Origin: a virus
Lineage: Duplodnaviria; Heunggongvirae; Uroviricota; Caudoviricetes
Direction: 5' to 3' (one strand)
IMG/VR virus record: IMGVR_UViG_3300037471_001733
Span: 22,201-86,200 of that record
DNA length: 64,000 bases
Shown: positions 62,987 through 64,000 of the stretch, in pieces
Layout of the letters: each line of letters begins with the position of its first letter
Position numbering within the stretch: the first letter of the stretch is position 1
Position numbers and translations under genes: made by a program
The notes under the pieces: generated by a model
What the model was told of the DNA's origin: nothing
The model's input: only the letters and a program-made list of their open reading frames with translations
Databases searched by the model: none

Positions 62987-63484
62987 TTATCTGATGGTTA
63001 TTTCCGCGCTTTTCAGCATGGCGCGCAGTTCTTCAACCTCGATCCGGCAGGTTTGCTCCGGCGGTCGGCCTTGCCCGGTTTCTCTGAAGTGAATGGCGCT
63101 CTCCATAGCGGTGAGGCACCGTTGAGCAAGGTCGTGCCAGCCTTGCGGCTCCGGCTGCGCCTGCGGGGCGGCGGCCAGGATTGCGATGGCGGCCTCCACC
63201 CGGTCGTCGGGGTACTGGGTGGTGTCACGCAGCTTGGCCTCCGCTTCCAGCGCACGGCGCTTCCAGTCCAGCAAATCCTCCCGGGCGCCTTCGTAGGCGT
63301 CGCGGAAGTCGTTGGGCTGCGCCTGCGGGGCGGCGTCCTCCAGTTCCCGTAGCGCCGAAATCATCGCGGCGCGGGCCTCGTTGGTGGCGGCGTCGGACCA
63401 CGCGCCGGCATTGCCTGCCCGCCACTTGGCTTCAGCGTAGGTGTCCAGCAGGGCAATCAGCTTGTTGGTGGTGGGTCGGTTCAT
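62987..63484 (-). CDS. hypothetical protein sharing AAPQAQPEP segment with neighbour
   Basis: 165 aa. Confidence 0.4.
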   Translation of the reverse strand: MNRPTTNKLIALLDTYAEAKWRAGNAGAWSDAATNEARAAMISALRELEDAAPQAQPNDFRDAYEGAREDLLDWKRRALEAEAKLRDTTQYPDDRVEAAIAILAAAPQAQPEPQGWHDLAQRCLTAMESAIHFRETGQGRPPEQTCRIEVEELRAMLKSAEITIR

Positions 63485-63559
63485 GGTTCGTAATCCAGAT
63501 AATTTGACGTAGGGCTAGGGTAGTTAAGGACCTCTTATCTCAAATAAGAAAAATCGTGT

Positions 63560-64000
63560 TCAAGTCGGGAAGGCGGTGTGCTCCACGCCATCCAGCAGGC
63601 GGCCGGCGGCCTTCTTGCCAACGTGGATTGCCGTGTCGCCGTCAGGCAGCGAGCGGCAGCGCACGGTCGGCCCGTAGACCTGGGCCAGCCGCTGCACTTC
63701 GCTCGCATCGCTGCCAGCACCCAGCCATTCTCCCCACTGCTTGAACAGGAACGGCACGCCGGCAGCTGCGCATTGGTCGCGCAGATCTCGGGCCCACTGC
63801 AGGTGCATCGGCCGCGCCTTCGGGCCGCTCTCGCCGCCGACGATGACCCAGCTGATGAGCGACAGCATCGCGGCGCTGGCACCGCTCTCCCCCCAGGGGC
63901 GCACTGTCCGCCGCAGGTCTACCGGTCCCAGCAGAGGCTCCATGGACAGGAACCGCACGCGCGCTGGCGTGGCCAGCAGCTTCGGCGCGTCGCGGTCGGC
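63560..64000 (-). CDS. Gp37/Gp68-like (DUF5131) phage protein, 5' partial (extends past window end)
   Basis: 'SMEPLLGPVDL...WVIVGGESGPKARPMHLQWARDLRDQCAAAGVPFLFKQWGEW'. Confidence 0.5.
   Translation of the reverse strand, partial: ADRDAPKLLATPARVRFLSMEPLLGPVDLRRTVRPWGESGASAAMLSLISWVIVGGESGPKARPMHLQWARDLRDQCAAAGVPFLFKQWGEWLGAGSDASEVQRLAQVYGPTVRCRSLPDGDTAIHVGKKAAGRLLDGVEHTAFPT

Overview
This GC-rich (~65%) window is essentially all temperate-phage DNA of HK97/lambdoid type. No rRNA, CRISPR array, integrase or recognisable endolysin was seen.

Layout:

(1) 1-14.2 kb, minus strand: late morphogenesis operon, reading leftward as HNH, P27-family small terminase, large terminase, HK97 portal, ClpP-like prohead protease/scaffold, HK97 major capsid protein. 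An unusual 8-gene Thr/Ser/Gly-rich cassette follows, including a pectate-lyase-fold beta-helix protein and a 561-aa tandem-repeat protein. The gp6-like head-tail connector and head-closure genes come only after it. The tail genes would lie left of the window.

(2) 14.3-24.3 kb: a self-contained module. It holds an 87-nt tRNA-like gene with a non-canonical anticodon arm, a 298-aa Zn-ribbon/HNH protein, and about 0.7 kb of GC-rich repeats. It also holds a leftward operon of eight translationally coupled small genes. Three promoter/operator cassettes share one architecture (-35, 16-17-nt spacer carrying TGTAG-N9-CTACA, -10). An approx. 20-bp iteron family (CCCC-N5-GTGGAAACAGG) occurs 11 or more times, four of them inside a long ORF. 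There is a leaderless XRE-family repressor candidate, a ribbon-helix-helix (RHH) gene, and a low-GC moron encoding an HTH-domain protein.

(3) 24.3-44.65 kb, minus strand: lambdoid 'early-right' operon. Reading leftward: Cro-like, Cys-rich Zn-finger, Lar, HTH_36 replication initiator, DnaC-like loader, many small nin-like genes, HNH nucleases, DUF1064 nuclease, an SPFH/band-7 lipoprotein membrane module, membrane proteins, and a DnaJ-type Zn-finger protein at the Q position.

(4) 44.69-62.4 kb, plus strand: 'early-left' operon. It carries an HTH regulator, a Bet/RecT-type single-strand annealing protein (SSAP) with a YqaJ exonuclease, a DpdA-like + QueC/QueE/QueD 7-deazaguanine DNA-modification module, RdgC, a MazG-like protein, an XRE regulator, and an RNA polymerase alpha-CTD-like protein.

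(5) 62.5-64 kb, minus strand: DUF551-like and Gp37/Gp68-like (5' partial) genes.

Most gene junctions use ATGA/GTGA overlaps or a stop-codon-in-RBS arrangement. Long antisense ORFs in the track are GC-driven artefacts.
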